Assembly: GCA_976551045.1 (NCBI GenBank)
Contig: CDPCPM010000114.1
Location: 12,028,001 to 12,092,000 of the forward strand
Length of the DNA stretch: 64,000 bases
Source of the DNA: Glaucostegus cemiculus
Taxonomy: Eukaryota
Direction: 5' to 3'
Part shown: piece after piece, positions 14,015 to 27,375 of the stretch
Layout: each line of letters begins with the position of its first letter
Numbering within the stretch: position 1 is the stretch's first letter
Translations under genes and position numbers: made by a program
Notes under the pieces: generated by a model
What the model saw: only the letters and a program-made list of their open reading frames with translations
What the model was told of the DNA's origin: nothing
The model's database searches: none

Positions 14015-14345
14015 CACGCATGGTGGTGGAGCTGGTGTCTCACAACTCTTGCAATCTAGGTTCAATCCTGATGACTAGTGCTGTCTATTTGGAATTTGCA
14101 CATTCTCCATGTAACCTTGTGGATTTCCTCTGGCTGTTGAGGATTCCTCCCACATCCCAAAAATATGTGGGTTGGTAGGTTAATTAACTGCTGTAAATTG
14201 CCGACAGCGAGGAGGTGAGTGGTAGAGTCTGGGGGGGTTGCTAGAAATGTGGAGAGAAAGTATTACAGGGAAAATTATGGAGGAAAATGTTTGCTCTGTG
14301 AGCTGGTATAGATTCAAGGGCAAAAATGGCCTCCTTTTGTGTCAA
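14015..14345 (+). mobile_element. Old tRNA-derived V-SINE (HE1-like)
   Basis: B-box ggttcaatcc; V-domain-like ggaatttgcacattctcc...gtggatttcctc...cctcccacatcccaaa. Confidence 0.65.
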
Positions 14346-16980
14346 ATGGAAATAGGAATGCCATAATGTTACGAAAGCTATGATGTTGCATTCATTATGG
14401 CATGGAGAAAGTACCTTCACTGTGTACAAAGGAAATTAACCAGGGAATTGTGTGCATGTTGGGTTAAAGTGGGGTCTGAGCAATTTGAATATGCCTAATC
14501 TCGACAATATTTCTTTCTTGACTGATTAATACAGTTCAGAAGGAAAAACAAGTGCTCATCAGAGATCCAGATGCAAGATGTTATTTTCCTTGCAAACTTA
14601 AGGTTAGCAGATTGGAGGCAGAGGATCCTCAGTGGAAGTTGAGTTTCATGGTTGGTTTTGCTGCAGTTCTGGCGCTATGGTGAAAACAGTGAATGGAGGG
14701 AAAGCAGGCAAAAAATACTCAATACCATAGGAGGGAACGCATAGCATGTGATAATTAAACTTTGTGTTAGCCAGAGTATAGCAAAAAAAAAGGTTTTGAG
14801 GATCCAGGGAAGATTAGAGTTCACCATTTTTGTTTTACTTTCTCAGCTCACTGACAGAAAAGCAAGTTGGATGACAAAGATGACCTTGAAACTGATTGGA
14901 TATTGGCTCAAATCTAGATCTTCTCAGGAGTTAGAATGGAGAGGGTTCCAAAGTTTTGTGACAGCCCAAAACCTAGTCAACCACAACAAGTAGATACACC
15001 CTATAGCAGCCCCACCCTCCAAATATCTCAGGTTCTCTCACTTGTTGCATGTAGATATGGATTTTCTTAACAGAGAAAATTACATTGGACTTGATTGTAC
15101 ATGGAAACATTTAACAAATAATTTGATCCTAATGAGTAGGATTGATCCTAATCAGGTTGAGCTACTTCGTGAAGAAAATGCAAGAACTAACATTATTGGC
15201 TACTATTAAATATCCATTGTATCAAATTCAGTAATCTTTCCATTGTTGCTGTTTGACATATTGGCCCAGAAATTCATTTACAATGCCCATGTATGTGTTT
15301 GATTGTTTTGAAGTGGAAGATCACTTGTGAAACATGATCAGCACTTCCAACAAAGCAGTGCAAGATTGGTCTCAGTGCCAGTGATTCTACAAGACATTGA
15401 GGTCAGTGCACGTAATGCCATAATGTATTAATATCACAAGGGTGAGGCAGTAATGTCCATCAGTGTACAGTGCACTTTTGAAATTGCTGCTGCATATTTA
15501 GAGTTGAAGAAATTCACTGAAAAAACCACATGGATTCAATAAGAGCAGGTTTTAAGGGATGCTGTTTGGATGTTTGAACCAAATATTTTCGCCTGAGCTG
15601 CTGGTGTGAGGCTGCTTTTAGACACCTATCTTTGCTGATGGATCAAATGTTTCCTTGGTCAACTTGGACAAGTCGGGCAGCACGGCCTGTTTCCATGCTG
15701 TATATCTCAATGACTCGATGAAATTTTGTACAGTTCTTGGAAACTGCATGCAGTAATTTTGCATTACTACACTGCAGGACCTGAATTTGCTATGCTTATA
15801 CATATGATTCCTTTCACATTGTTTCTTTGTTCTTATACAAATTGCTTCCCTTCACCCATGCAAGAAACCAGCAGGAATCCAATGCACAGGGCAAGTTTCA
15901 CATGTGTTTCCAAGTGCCATGTAATTTCTGGCTTGCAGTCTGTTATCACTCCCAATTTTAAGGCTGCAATAATAGTGGTCATTTATTCTTCCCAGATTGT
16001 TGAGAGAAGATCCTTGGACTGACCAGCTGAGGCCAATGCAGTCTTAGGCAGGAAAATGTGATCACAACTGAATGTTGTCAGTTGCATACATAAACACTCT
16101 CTGCTGGTGACACATAGATTTTTGAATTAATTTCATGCGGACCAACCTGATGGCCTGTTTGTAATAAGATAGAGAATGCTGTAAACACTCAACATGTTAG
16201 GTAAGCATCCATGAGTAAACATATTGGGACCTATGATACATGGTCATTCTCCACAGTTGCTGACTGACCCGTTTAAATATTTGCAGCACTTTGTTTTATT
16301 TTTAATTTCCTGGATCTGTAGTATTTTGCCTTCGGAGCCCATTTGTAAAGGGCTGGTGTAAACAGTTTCCAACATTGTGGGTTTGCACAAATAGGTTATA
16401 AATATCACAACTATGACTGCATTAACTCTGAAAGTGTGGAATTTGAATATGTACAGATACCAGTTGACTCATATGCACAAGCTGTCGAAATGGAGGAAGT
16501 GTCATAATAAAACTGCTTGTTTCTTATCCAACTCTGTTGCTTCTTTGGTATGTGAGCATGAGGGGTTGGGAGAGACAGAGGAGAGAAATGAGGAAGATTT
16601 CTAGGGACTTAAATGTTTATGAATGAACTGTATTTCAATTAAACTGTACATGCAGCTATTATTTGTATTAGGATATTGAGTTGTCAAACTTTTTAACTGC
16701 ACCAGTATTTTAACACAGAACATGTGTTTTGTAGTATTGAGTTTTGTTTTGATTACCTAATTTGCATCTTGAAAAGTCATAAAGCTGGTCAGATTACATT
16801 ATGAGGTACATGGTCAAAAATAGATTAATTTTAATATTTTCTGTAAATGTGTCAGTGCAACGTAAATAGCCTGAGATGGCAAGAGGGATAAGTTTGTCTT
16901 TTTAAAGCACCTCAGTAACTGGATGTTTGCAGAGTCTTAGAACGGTTTTAACATTTTAAATTGTTTGTTTTCTCCCACAG

Positions 16981-17041
16981 TGTTCACAAAGCTGACAACA
17001 TATTTCTAGTGGAAAAACTAGTTTCATTGAAACCACTTGAG
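16981..17041 (+). CDS. Candidate internal coding exon of an unidentified host gene (xVHKADNIFLVEKLVSLKPLE)
   Basis: Strong acceptor ttgtttgttttctcccacag, donor GAG|gtgtgt; only one of three frames open; apparently non-repetitive context; no homology recognised. Confidence 0.3.
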
Positions 17042-17389
17042 GTGTGTCTGGTTTCTCTCACCTTTGTAAAAGAAAAGGGCGTAATCTGCTTTTCTGAATC
17101 GAGATACTGAAATCTTCTATAAATTGATAAAAACTAATATTTACATGGCTTGTAATTTTGTGGAACAGTTTGGAGTAATTATGGTTCACAACTAATTTTG
17201 GTGTAATTATGGTTTAAGAGTAGCATTGGACTGTTTTTCTGTGGAAGTTTGTGTGTAGTTGATGCATGCTGATTACTTCCAGTTAGATTATTCTAGCTCC
17301 TCATGTACAAGACCAGCAGATGTATGTTTTGTACAGTTATGCCAGTAATGCACCACATGTAAAAAATTTAACATAGTCCACTAACCTCA

Positions 17390-17552
17390 CTAACTCCGGT
17401 TTCCTCCCATTTTCCAAAGACGTACAGGTTCGGAAGTTGTGCTATGTTGGCGCCAGAAGCGTGGCTACCCCCCAGAACACTCTACACAAAATGATGCATT
17501 TCACTGTGTGTTTCGATGTACATGAGACTAATGAAGATATCTTATTTATCTT
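17390..17552 (+). mobile_element. 5'-truncated V-SINE with Rex1-like tail
   Basis: ctccggtttcctccc...aaagacgtacagg...catttcactgtgtgtttcgatgtacatg; matches 27500-27660. Confidence 0.75.
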
Positions 17553-17795
17553 AAATGTTGATATAGATTTTTTCACAAATTTAAGTTAAATTCTTTTTAT
17601 CAGCACAAACAAATTCTTTCAAATCTCAACCATTTCCTTTCCTTTCCTCTTTCCACCATTCCTTCCCACCCTCACCAAACACTTGGTCCTGACACCAATG
17701 GATGGGATGTATCCTCATTCAACAGAGTAATGGAAGAGAAAGAATAAAGGCAGTGGTGCTCTGATGGTGGCATATGACTTGCTATCAGCTCTTTC

Positions 17796-17851
17796 ATGAT
17801 GCTTATTGTACATTGTTAATTCTATGATGCTTATTGTACATTGTTAATTCT
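17796..17851. repeat. Perfect 28-bp tandem duplication
   Basis: atgatgcttattgtacattgttaattct x2. Confidence 0.9.
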
Positions 17852-17859
17852 GTCCCTGA

Positions 17860-18960
17860 CTAGACAATCAACTTGAACAAATGTGAATTTGTTAGAGAAA
17901 ACTAGCATGGATTTTTTTTGAAGGTATGAGCTGTTTAACCAACTTGAGAAAACATTTTGATGAGGTAATTGAGAGAGTCAATGTGGACTTGGAATGGGGT
18001 TTGGTAAAGTGCCGCGAAATCGCTTTGTCATTAAGATCAAAGGCAATGGAATAAAATCAGAATCATTTTTATCACTGACATATGTTGTGAAATTTGTTGT
18101 TTTGTGGCAGCAGTACAGTGCAAGACATAAAGACATGAAAATAACTAAAAGTTACAAAAATGAATAAATAGCACAAAAGAATAACAAAGTAGTGTTCATG
18201 GACCGTTCAGAAATCTGATGGTGGAGCGGAAGAAGTTGTTCCTGAAATGTTGAGTATGGATCTTCAGGCTCCTGTACCACCTGTAGTGTGAAAAGGGCAT
18301 GTCCTGGGTGGTGAGGGTCCTTAATGATGGATGCCACCTTCTTGAGGCAACGTCTTTTGAGGATGTCCTCAATGGCGGGGGGGGGGGGGGGGGGTTGTTG
18401 TGTCCATGATGGAGCTTGCTAAGTGACAGGAAGCAGATCATAGATGTGAAAGTTCTTTGGACTGTTGGAAAGTGTATGGTTGTGTTCTGCAGAGGTTTGT
18501 TACATATCTTAATACATATTAATTACTTGGATCTGAACATACAGAAAACAATTACAAATTTTGGGGATGACATAAAACTTCCAGGCATAGTGAATTGCGA
18601 AGGGGACAGTAATAATCTTCAAGACAGGCTGGTGGAAAGGAATGGATATGTGGCAGATGAGTGTTATTGCAGAAAAATTTGGTTGGTAGAACGAGAGGCA
18701 ATAACATGCCAGATATCACAGTTCTGAAAGGGGAGTAGGAACAGAGAGACCTTGCAATAAATGTGAATAATTTATTGAAGTAGCAGTTCAAGAAAGCAGA
18801 CATGATTGTGGGCATTATAACTGGAGACCTGGAGGACAAGAACAATGATGAGCACTTATGGAACACTGGTTTAACTGCAAATACAGCACTGTATGCAGTT
18901 CTGGGTACCATACTTGAGCCATGGAGAAAGTATTTAAAAGGTTTACTGGAATCATGAGGG
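17860..18960 (+). mobile_element. Degraded CR1 LINE RT region, interrupted by a Rex1 fragment
   Basis: INYLDLNIQKTITNFGDDIKL (FADD-like); upstream sequence resembling QHGF and FDEV. Confidence 0.65.
18055..18428 (-). mobile_element. Rex1/Babar LINE 3' fragment
   Basis: ASIIKDPHHPGHALF, HFRNNFFRSTIRFLN; (gaatca) tail. Confidence 0.8.
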
Positions 18961-18974
18961 AATCTGGTGGTGAG

Positions 18975-19320
18975 AAACTCACCTCCTAATTCACCAAAAC
19001 ATGTGCACTCTTTACAAGGCTCAAGTCAATACTCTTCTATTGTCTGGATGAGCTTCAGCTTCAACAACACTCAAGCTTGACATCGTACAGGACATGGCAT
19101 TCTGTTTGATAGTCACCATATCCACAACCATTCATACACAGAAGCAACAAATTGTACCATCCACAGGATGCACTGCAGCAACTCACCAAGTCTCCTTTGA
19201 CAGTAATTTCCAAATCCACAAACTCTACCAGTTGGAAGGATAAGCAAGGGCAGTAAAACATGGGAACACCACCACCAAGAAATTGCCCTCTAAGCCACAC
19301 ACCTTCCACACCAATGTTCT
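18975..19320 (+). mobile_element. Old L2/CR1-superfamily LINE 3' region
   Basis: tacaaggctcaagtca...tggatgagc...caacaacactcaag; similar to 47120-47160 and 48930-49290. Confidence 0.5.
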
Positions 19321-19929
19321 GAAAGCCAGTGTTCCAATAGAAAAAGAGATTATACATAGAACTATGCTGAAAGAAAGAGCATAGTCTAAGGGTAAGCAGC
19401 TGGCAATCACAACACAGTACTTGATTTGCCCCATGAATTTAGTAGTGTCTATCACCCTCCCTGGGGCTGCTTTCATGTTCCTTTTGACATTTCCACTGTG
19501 TGTCTATAATTGAATTTTATTTTAATATTTGTAATAGTTGTAATTATTACTGTGCATTTGCTTTCTTGCCCTTTCAACAAGTAGAATTGCACACACTGGG
19601 ATCACCTGAAACTACTTGTTTGGGTGGATATAACAATTCTTTTGGTGTATACCTTCATAATCACAGTCATTGCCTCACCTTTGTTGTGCTGCCAAATCAT
19701 TTACATGAGTGATGTGGGAAATCTGCCTTTCTCACTTATTCCCACAGACTTAAATAAAACTATCAAAACTCTCCCTTTCTAAAAGGGCAAAACACAGGAC
19801 TTTGGTGATATCATTTAAGGCTGTGATTTTCAATTTGTTTTGGAGGATATGATTTTCTAACTAGCTCCTTGGAACTCCTTTGGGGTTCAAGCCCAAAGTT
19901 ATGAGCCCAGGTTGCAGCTTGTATACCTT

Positions 19930-20260
19930 TGTCTTTAGAAGTTTGTGGAATGTTTAAAATGATTCTGTAGGATAGCTATGGATAAGCTATTTCCTGTGAT
20001 GGGTGAATCCAGAACTAACTTTAAACTAGAGCCAGACAGCAAATGAAATCACAACTCGCTTTCACACACATGCTGGTAGAAAGCTGGTGTGGACCACCAA
20101 ATGAGTGTGGATGCTGAGTTATTTGATTTTGTTATGACTAAGATTGTTAAGATTTTCGTTTGGTAAGGCATGAGTGGTATGGATTAAATGGAGCTACTAA
20201 TCTGGTGAATGGTGGAACAGGCTCAGAGTTCAATGACCTATACCAATTGCTTTGTTCCTG
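19930..20260 (+). mobile_element. Degraded CR1 3' end
   Basis: aagctatttcctgtgatgggtgaatccagaact...gaatggtggaacaggctc. Confidence 0.55.
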
Positions 20261-20610
20261 TGAAAATGAAGTGCTTTAGAATTGTAGCCACATGCTCAAT
20301 TCTTCCTTGATGATTAAATCAGATAGGTTGAGGATTTTTTTTTTCTTTTGGAAGTGGGTCTTTTTCTTCATAAATCTTGATAGTCTGTTAATTCTTGTCT
20401 CACCTTTATTTTGTTTGGGTGAATAGACAGTTTCTGCTGCTGCTGTAAGCAAGGTAATTTGTCCAGTGTTCCTTGAATTGACATTGGAAAGTTAGATCAA
20501 AGAATAACTTGGCTATATCCATCACCAAACAATCTTCTATATCATGACTAATTGAAAATCTTGCCACATGTTTTCAAAGCCAGTTCCCAGAAGAAGGCAA
20601 GAAGCTTTTA

Positions 20611-21015
20611 AGAACATAGAACAATATAGCACAGAACAGGCCCTTCAGCCCACAATGTTGTGCCTATATAGCTAATCCCTCCTCCCTACAGAATGCCCAT
20701 ATCCCTCCATTATCTTCTTATTCATGTGCCCATCCAAGCCCCTCTTAAAAGCCTCCAGTGAATTTTCCTCCACCACCCTATCAGGCAACGCATTCCAGGT
20801 ATCCACCACTCTTTTGAGTAAAAAACGTACCCCTCACGTCTGTTCTGAACCTACCCCTTCTCATCTTAAGTGCATGCCCCCTGTTTTGCTGTTCATTTGG
20901 ATGTGAGCTGAGAGTCTTGAGAACATAGAACATAGAAACATACAGCACAATTCAGGCCTTTCAGCCCATAACGCTGTGCCGAACATGTCCCCACACTATT
21001 AGGCTTACCCATAGT
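20611..21015 (-). mobile_element. Two CR1 3'-end fragments with (agaacat) tails
   Basis: agaacatagaacaatatagcacagaacaggcccttcagccc and agaacatagaacatagaaacatacagcac. Confidence 0.75.
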
Positions 21016-21597
21016 GTGAGATATTAAATTTATAGCAACTGTTGCAAATTATTTTGTATTTTTCATCATTTAAAGATTTAGGATAATTGAAAAATAAAAA
21101 CTGAAAGTGCTGGAAGTTTGAAATAAGAACAGAAAATGCTGGTATCACTTAGTTCAGGCAGCAGCTGTGGAGAGATATGGTTAAGGTTCAGGTTAATGAT
21201 TAGTGAAAGCCTTCCTTCTCCCCCCCTCCCCCTCCCCCTACCTATACCCCTTCCCCCACAACTGCTGCCTCCTGAATATTTCCAGCAGAAAATGCTGGAA
21301 ATACTTAGCAGGAAAAAAGGAGTTAATATTTTTAATTTATTGAAGTATTGATTAATTGTTTGGCTAAAAAACAATGGGACTAAAATTTGATTAAAAGGTG
21401 CATGTTTTGTTTTGAGTTTTTACATTTTCAGTTGAACTTTGTAAGATATGTGAGCTCTGTTGTATATGAAATCAATTTCATATCAGTAGCATACAAATTA
21501 TGATTTGTATTCATAGTTTTGCACAATTCAGAGCTTTTAATATTTGAAGGTAAGATTTAATTATAATATATTCTGATTACAGAATATATTGAATAAG

Positions 21598-23630
21598 TCA
21601 AAAGCAACTAGAAAGTTATTGGAGAAGATCTTAAGGACGGGATTTACTTGCACTTGGAAACACATGGACATGTTAGGTATAGTAGCCAGAATCATTTTGT
21701 GCGGGAGAGGTCCCACCTCAGAAATTTGATTGAGTTTTTTGAGGAAGTGACAAAGATGATTGATGAGGGTAGGGTAGTGGATGTTGTCTACGTGGACTTT
21801 AATAACACATATGACAAAGTCCCTCATGGCAGGCTGGTCCAGAAGCTTAAGTCACGTGGGATTCACAGTGAGTTGGTAAATTGGATCCAAAATTGGCTTA
21901 GTCATAGAGGACAGAGGGTAGTGGAGTCAAAGAGTCAGCGCAATACAGCAGGGCAACAGGCCCTTCAGCCCAACTTGTCCATGCTGACCATGGTGCCCAC
22001 CAAGCTAGTCCAATTTGCATTTGGCCCATTTCCCTCTACAAAATCTTCCTATCCATGTAATTATCCGTATGTCATTTAAATATTGTCATTGTACCTGTCT
22101 CAACCACTTTCTCTGGCAGCCCTTTCCATATATGCATCACCCTCTGCATGAAGAAGTTGTCCCTCAGGTCCATTTTAAATCTTTGACCCCTCACCTTAAA
22201 CCTATACCCCTTAGTTTTTGTTCCCTTTCCCTGGGGAAAAGAATATGTGCATTCATTTTATCTATACTCCTCATGATTTTATATTACTCTATAATGTCAA
22301 TCTCCAATGTTCCAAGGAACAAAGTCCTAGCCTGCCCAACCAATAAGCACTTCTGCCTCCACCACCCTTTTATGCAGCATATTCCCAGAATCCAACCATA
22401 CTTTGAGAAATCTTTTTCTCTCTAATTCATCTAGCTATCACCTTCTGTATGTTTAATCCCTATTACTGACTGCAAAAGGAATTTGGATTTTCCTATCTGC
22501 CTCAATCTAAGCTTCTCATTTTAAAACTATTCAGTAAATTATGAACATTATTTTTACATTTACATAACACATCTTAAAAGATGTAGTAGTAGCACTACTT
22601 AACAGTGAAACAACAATATCTTTTATTCTTAAAGATGCAATGTTATCAAAAAAGATAATGCATGCTTAGCAGCTGAACGATTCACTATAGTGCATTCTGT
22701 TGTGCATAAATTGCACCTTCTGTTTCCAGATGCTTCGCTCAATAACAATTAACATTTTTTATCTGGTGTGATTTAATGCTGATCTCAAGCTCAGATGTAC
22801 TTAATTAATTTGTTATCTTTATCTATTGTATCCATTCGTTCATTTAAAAAAAAAGGATGCAGGCAATCCACCATTGTGGTAGAGAGGTGTTATTCTGACT
22901 GGAGGTCTGTGACCAGTGGTGTTCCACAAGAATCAGTGCTGAGCTTTTGTTTGCAATATATATATTGATGATTTGAATAAATATGTAGGTGATCAGATTA
23001 GTAAGTATGCAGATGACATAAAAATTAGTGGAGTGGTGGATAGCAAGGAAGGTTGTGAAAGGTACAACAGGATTTAGGTAGAGAGCTGGGCAGAGAAATG
23101 CAGATGGAATTTAACCTGGACAAGTGTGAGGTGTTGTATTTTGGGAGCTCAAATACATTGGGAAACTATACAGTAAATGGCAGGATCCTTAGGAGCATTG
23201 ATGTACAGAGTGATCTTGGGTACAAGTCCATAGCTTCCTGAAAGTGGCAACACAAGTAAATGGAGTGGTAAAGAAGGCATATGGCATGCTTGCTTTCATT
23301 GGTTGTGCATTGAGTGTAAAGCACCCTGGTGTACATAACAATAAACTAATCCGAATCTGAAGGTTGGAAAGTCATGTCGCAGCTGTATAAAACTTTGGTT
23401 AGGCCATATCTGGAGTATTGTGTGTAGTTCTTGTTGCCATACTATAGAAAGGATGTGGAAGCTTTTGGAGAGGGTGCAGAAGAGGTTTACCAGGATGTTG
23501 CCCGGATTGGAGTGCATTTGCTATAAAGAGAGGTTGGACAAACTTGGATTGTTTTCTCTGGAGTATTAGAGGTTGACGGACCACCTGATAGAATTATATC
23601 AAATTTATGAGAAGCATGGATAAGGTAGAG
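21598..23630 (+). mobile_element. CR1 LINE RT region split by about 950 bp of insertions (21925-22873) and a 40-bp Rex1 tip
   Basis: EFFEEVTKMIDEGRVVDVVYVDF...QRVV resumes near 22875 as VVERCYSDWRSVTSGVPQ...KYADD...LERVQKRFTRMLPGL. Confidence 0.85.
21925..22335 (-). mobile_element. CR1 3'-end fragment nested in the opposite-strand CR1
   Basis: acaggcccttcagcccaac...catgctgaccatggtgccc, closely similar to 6340-6730. Confidence 0.8.
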
Positions 23631-23869
23631 CAATTGATTGCCCTCAAGCCTGCTCTGCTATTCAATAAGACCATGGCTGATCTGATCATTGTCATCAGTT
23701 CCACTCTTCTACCTGAACACAATACCCCTGCAATCCAAAAGTCTGCCTTGGCCTTGAATGTGCTAACGAATGGCTGTTATGCCCTTGAATGATGAACTAC
23801 CATTCAATGAAAAGGTGAATGCCAAGTGAAGAGCTTTCTTCTTGTCATCCAACTCTTGATTTAAGCTGA

Positions 23870-24060
23870 CAACCTCTGAATATGAGAAAAATATGTCATA
23901 ACAAAAGCTACACCGTCATCTACAGCCTCATACAGAACACTATTGCCTTGGCCATGCAACACTTCCATTGTTTCAACAGCTTGGAGGAACTGCATAGTAT
24001 GCAGCAGGGAAGCTCTCATGTTTTGTTATAATCTGCTTTATGCTGCACAATCTTGATAAC
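23870..24060 (+). pseudogene. Degraded PIF/Harbinger (HARBI1-like) transposase C-terminal fragment
   Basis: Manual translation HNKSYTVIYSLIQNTIALAMQHFHCF / GGTA*YAAGKLSCFVIICFMLHNL resembles the Harbinger IEQTIG.LK.RFRCL..GG.LQY.P.KV....CC.LHNL pattern. Confidence 0.5.
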
Positions 24061-25878
24061 TGCAGCAGTGGATGAGGAGGAAGAGGATGCAACATAGAGA
24101 GCAGTTTATTGGCTGGACATTTGAAGAACAACCCATTGTCTGCACATTCAATCAAAACAATGCATATTCCCCATTCCACAAGAATTCCCATCTTTCCTTT
24201 CCTTTGTTGCTGACCATCACAGTACCTGCTTTGCACAGTGGCAAAATAAAAGGCAACATCAAATCAACATTCCAAATTAAATTTATACATCTAGTTATGA
24301 CAGAACTATAGAAACATTAGCCAAACACTCTTGTATTCTTTCAGTGTTTCTTCTGTATGCTTTTATCTATCTTTGTATTCATGTGTAGTGTTCCCAATTG
24401 GCTGCAGAATATTTGGTAGAAAGCTACTTGCTTTAACAAAAAGAGGTTGTAGATGGCCATGCAGGATAACACTCAGTGCCTCTGGGATAATGAGGCTTGG
24501 GTTTAGATTGTCCCTATTCTACATAACTGGCACCTGTCTGAGTTGGTTGGTTGACTCTCAACACTAATGCACAGGCAGAGTTGTAATGCGGAAATCACAA
24601 AAGCTGTCATCCTGAGATTTAACTCCTCAAGCCAGTGGAAGACAGATATCTGAACGGCCATGATGTCCTCAAAGCCACCTTGAACACTGATATCTAAACC
24701 ATGTTAGCAACAGTCTGAACTTGCCCAACAACAACCTGAGTTGCTGGGCAGAGATTTAATTGCAGCACTCAGGCATTGCATTTCTTTATAGAAACATAAA
24801 ATAGCTTTTTGTTGTCAAGGTAAGTATGAGAAAAAATGGATGAGCATGAAATGGTTTCAGAAGATCAATATTGTACAAATTTATGTTCTTGGTTGCATGA
24901 ACTTTCATTTAACATGCTCCCTAGTTTAAGTTTCTCTTATATTTTTACAAATAAAGGAAATAAGCTGTCAGTGGCAAAGGGAAATATTAGTTATGTTTAT
25001 GTTCAATGTGTTCATTGACTAAGTATTTTTAACTCTGTACTAGATCCCTGCTAGGGCTTTCACACAATGGTTACGCAGTTTAATTGTCAAATGTAGAATT
25101 TCAGCACTTCGATTACGTGTCTGAGAACAGCAAAGTTGTCTTGGCATTTGTTCAACAGCTGTCAACTTTATAATGTCCTGTTTTGCTTTGTATTTTACAC
25201 ATTCATTTAGGTCTTTTATGTGTTATATTAAGACATGGCTGAACATGTTTGAATTCAGCAATTAATCATCGTGATTTTTTCCCCCAGAATCTAAAGTTCC
25301 AGGCAAAAAGCAGTTAAGTTATTCTGCCATTTGCAAAAAAAAATCTAAGAGATCATGAAAATCTTATGTACTTTTTAACCCAATTTTTACAGGGCTGCCA
25401 ACAATTTAGTTAACGAATCAGAAACAAGTTATTGGGATGATAAATAGATAGTTCCAGATGACAAAACAGGATTACTACTGCCAAGTTTAATACAATAAAT
25501 ATTATCAATACTCAAGTTTGCTTCCTCAGCCAAAAGTGAGATAAATAATTCAGTGATACTACGTGAACGGTGGTTCATGAAGCCCTTAAAAATAAGATGA
25601 TTAAGATCCAGCCACTTTTAAATTTTAGACCAATTTAACTTGTAAAATCGTTGGGCCATTTTAAACAAGATCTTTGTAGTAGTAAAGCTGTGCAGGGTGT
25701 CAGAATCAATTCCTTAGCTGACAGAGAAATGACAAGCGATATCCTAATTATTTTCTTTCTTTTTTTAAGACTGGGGACTGATAGCATTCAAAAACCTCAG
25801 CAGGGGGATTACAATGTATGATCAACCCCTCTCTGTGCAGGACATTGTGGAAGTGATTGAGGCTTGCTAGAGGATGTG

Positions 25879-26140
25879 CATGGCACAACACAGGAGAAAG
25901 GGGGCTCAATGCTTTCGAGGTGCTGTACTAGAATTGTCGTGGATATGGTACACAGAAGGAGAGATGTCCAGAATTAATCAGAGGCTTTTCAGAGATATGA
26001 TGAAAAGACAGGGAGCTATTTATGAAGGCCAGTGTCAGAAGGTAAGTCCCAAAAATTGGATGCAATATTGCCAGAAGTTACATCATCTCTCATGTGGGTA
26101 AAGGCAGTAAATGCAACGTCCACCAACAGAAGTCAGCCTT
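25879..26140 (+). pseudogene. Degraded Myb/SANT-like (Harbinger ORF1/NAIF1-like) fragment
   Basis: MAQHRRKGAQCFRGAVLE /frameshift/ VDMVHRRRDV ... WVKAVNATSTNRS resembles R.RAPRFS...LE.LV..V..RRDVL...VNA.S...R. Confidence 0.5.
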
Positions 26141-26834
26141 GGATATCAAGTCCTTTATTTCTGGAAACTTGGCTTGCAGAGTGGTTAATGAGCATAGTGA
26201 TGCCAGAAATCTCACAAGAAATTTGCATAGTTGAGGTCTGCAAATGGAATTGGCCACTCACATCAAAGCAGCCTTTAAATGGAAAGATGACAACTGCTTC
26301 ATTGTTAATTAAAGGTGTCCACACATAATGGCTTCACTGGCATGGAAACCAAATGGTCTAACTTATTACAGGTAAGTCCTCCTTCAGGTACTCCCCTTGG
26401 TACTTGCTCCCCTTCAACTCTAAATGTTTTTGGGGCCCCAGCTTGTGTTTGCAATTCTAACATTTCTCCAAAGTCCTTGAGTGTTAATCACATTGGACCT
26501 CCAATTCTCCATCCACACCATCTCTCCAGTACTCCTGACCTTTGAGAATTCTCAAATTCTCTCTCCACATCCTCCCTTCACCCCGCACCCCCCCCTGCAA
26601 TTTGAATAGAAGGAAGAGGCTTTCTTCCACAATATGCGCAAGGCTTGTTGTACTGCGCATGATGCCTCAAGTGTCTTGCATGATAGAAATTAGCTGCTGG
26701 TGGGCCTGACTCAAAACTGGCACAGGTACCCTGCACAGTACTATTTTAACTTGTCATTCATGGCACAGATTAATGTTTGTGAGTAAAATGTTAAAAATTT
26801 AACAATCTCACATTATGTGCATTCCTGTATCCAT

Positions 26835-26983
26835 NNNNNNNNNNNNNNNNNNNNNNNNNNNNNNNNNNNNNNNNNNNNNNNNNNNNNNNNNNNNNNNNNN
26901 NNNNNNNNNNNNNNNNNNNNNNNNNNNNNNNNNNNNNNNNNNNNNNNNNNNNNNNNNNNNNNNNNNNNNNNNNNNNNNNNNNN
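26835..26983. other. Assembly gap (149 N)
   Basis: Run of n. Confidence 0.99.
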
Positions 26984-27375
26984 CCTATAATCTCAGCCAT
27001 GGGACAGGCAGAGACCTACTCTGACTGCTAAACTGCAGAGAGTGGGCAAATGATGACATCAATCATTGGACAGTATTGATTTGATGCCACTGCTGCCCTT
27101 TTGGAGCACAGTACTTCAGTTAATGCCCTCTCTTAATCTCTTATTCACAAAGCTGAACAAATATGAAAAAGCTGAAAAGATGTCTCACCAGAACAACTAA
27201 AGGGATCATCAACTTCATAGCTGTTGTCAGGAGCATACAAGGATTTGATGCTTTCCAGGGTTCCTTAAAATTTTGAAGACTGCAGTGTGTGCTGTGACAA
27301 GCGTTCACGTATCTTGTCCTGATTTCTTTACTGCTCCCAGTTGTTCCCAGGCACGGCAGGCACGGTAGCAGAAGC

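Noticed and set aside
26791-27024. ORFs spanning the N run
   Set aside because: Assembly-gap artefact
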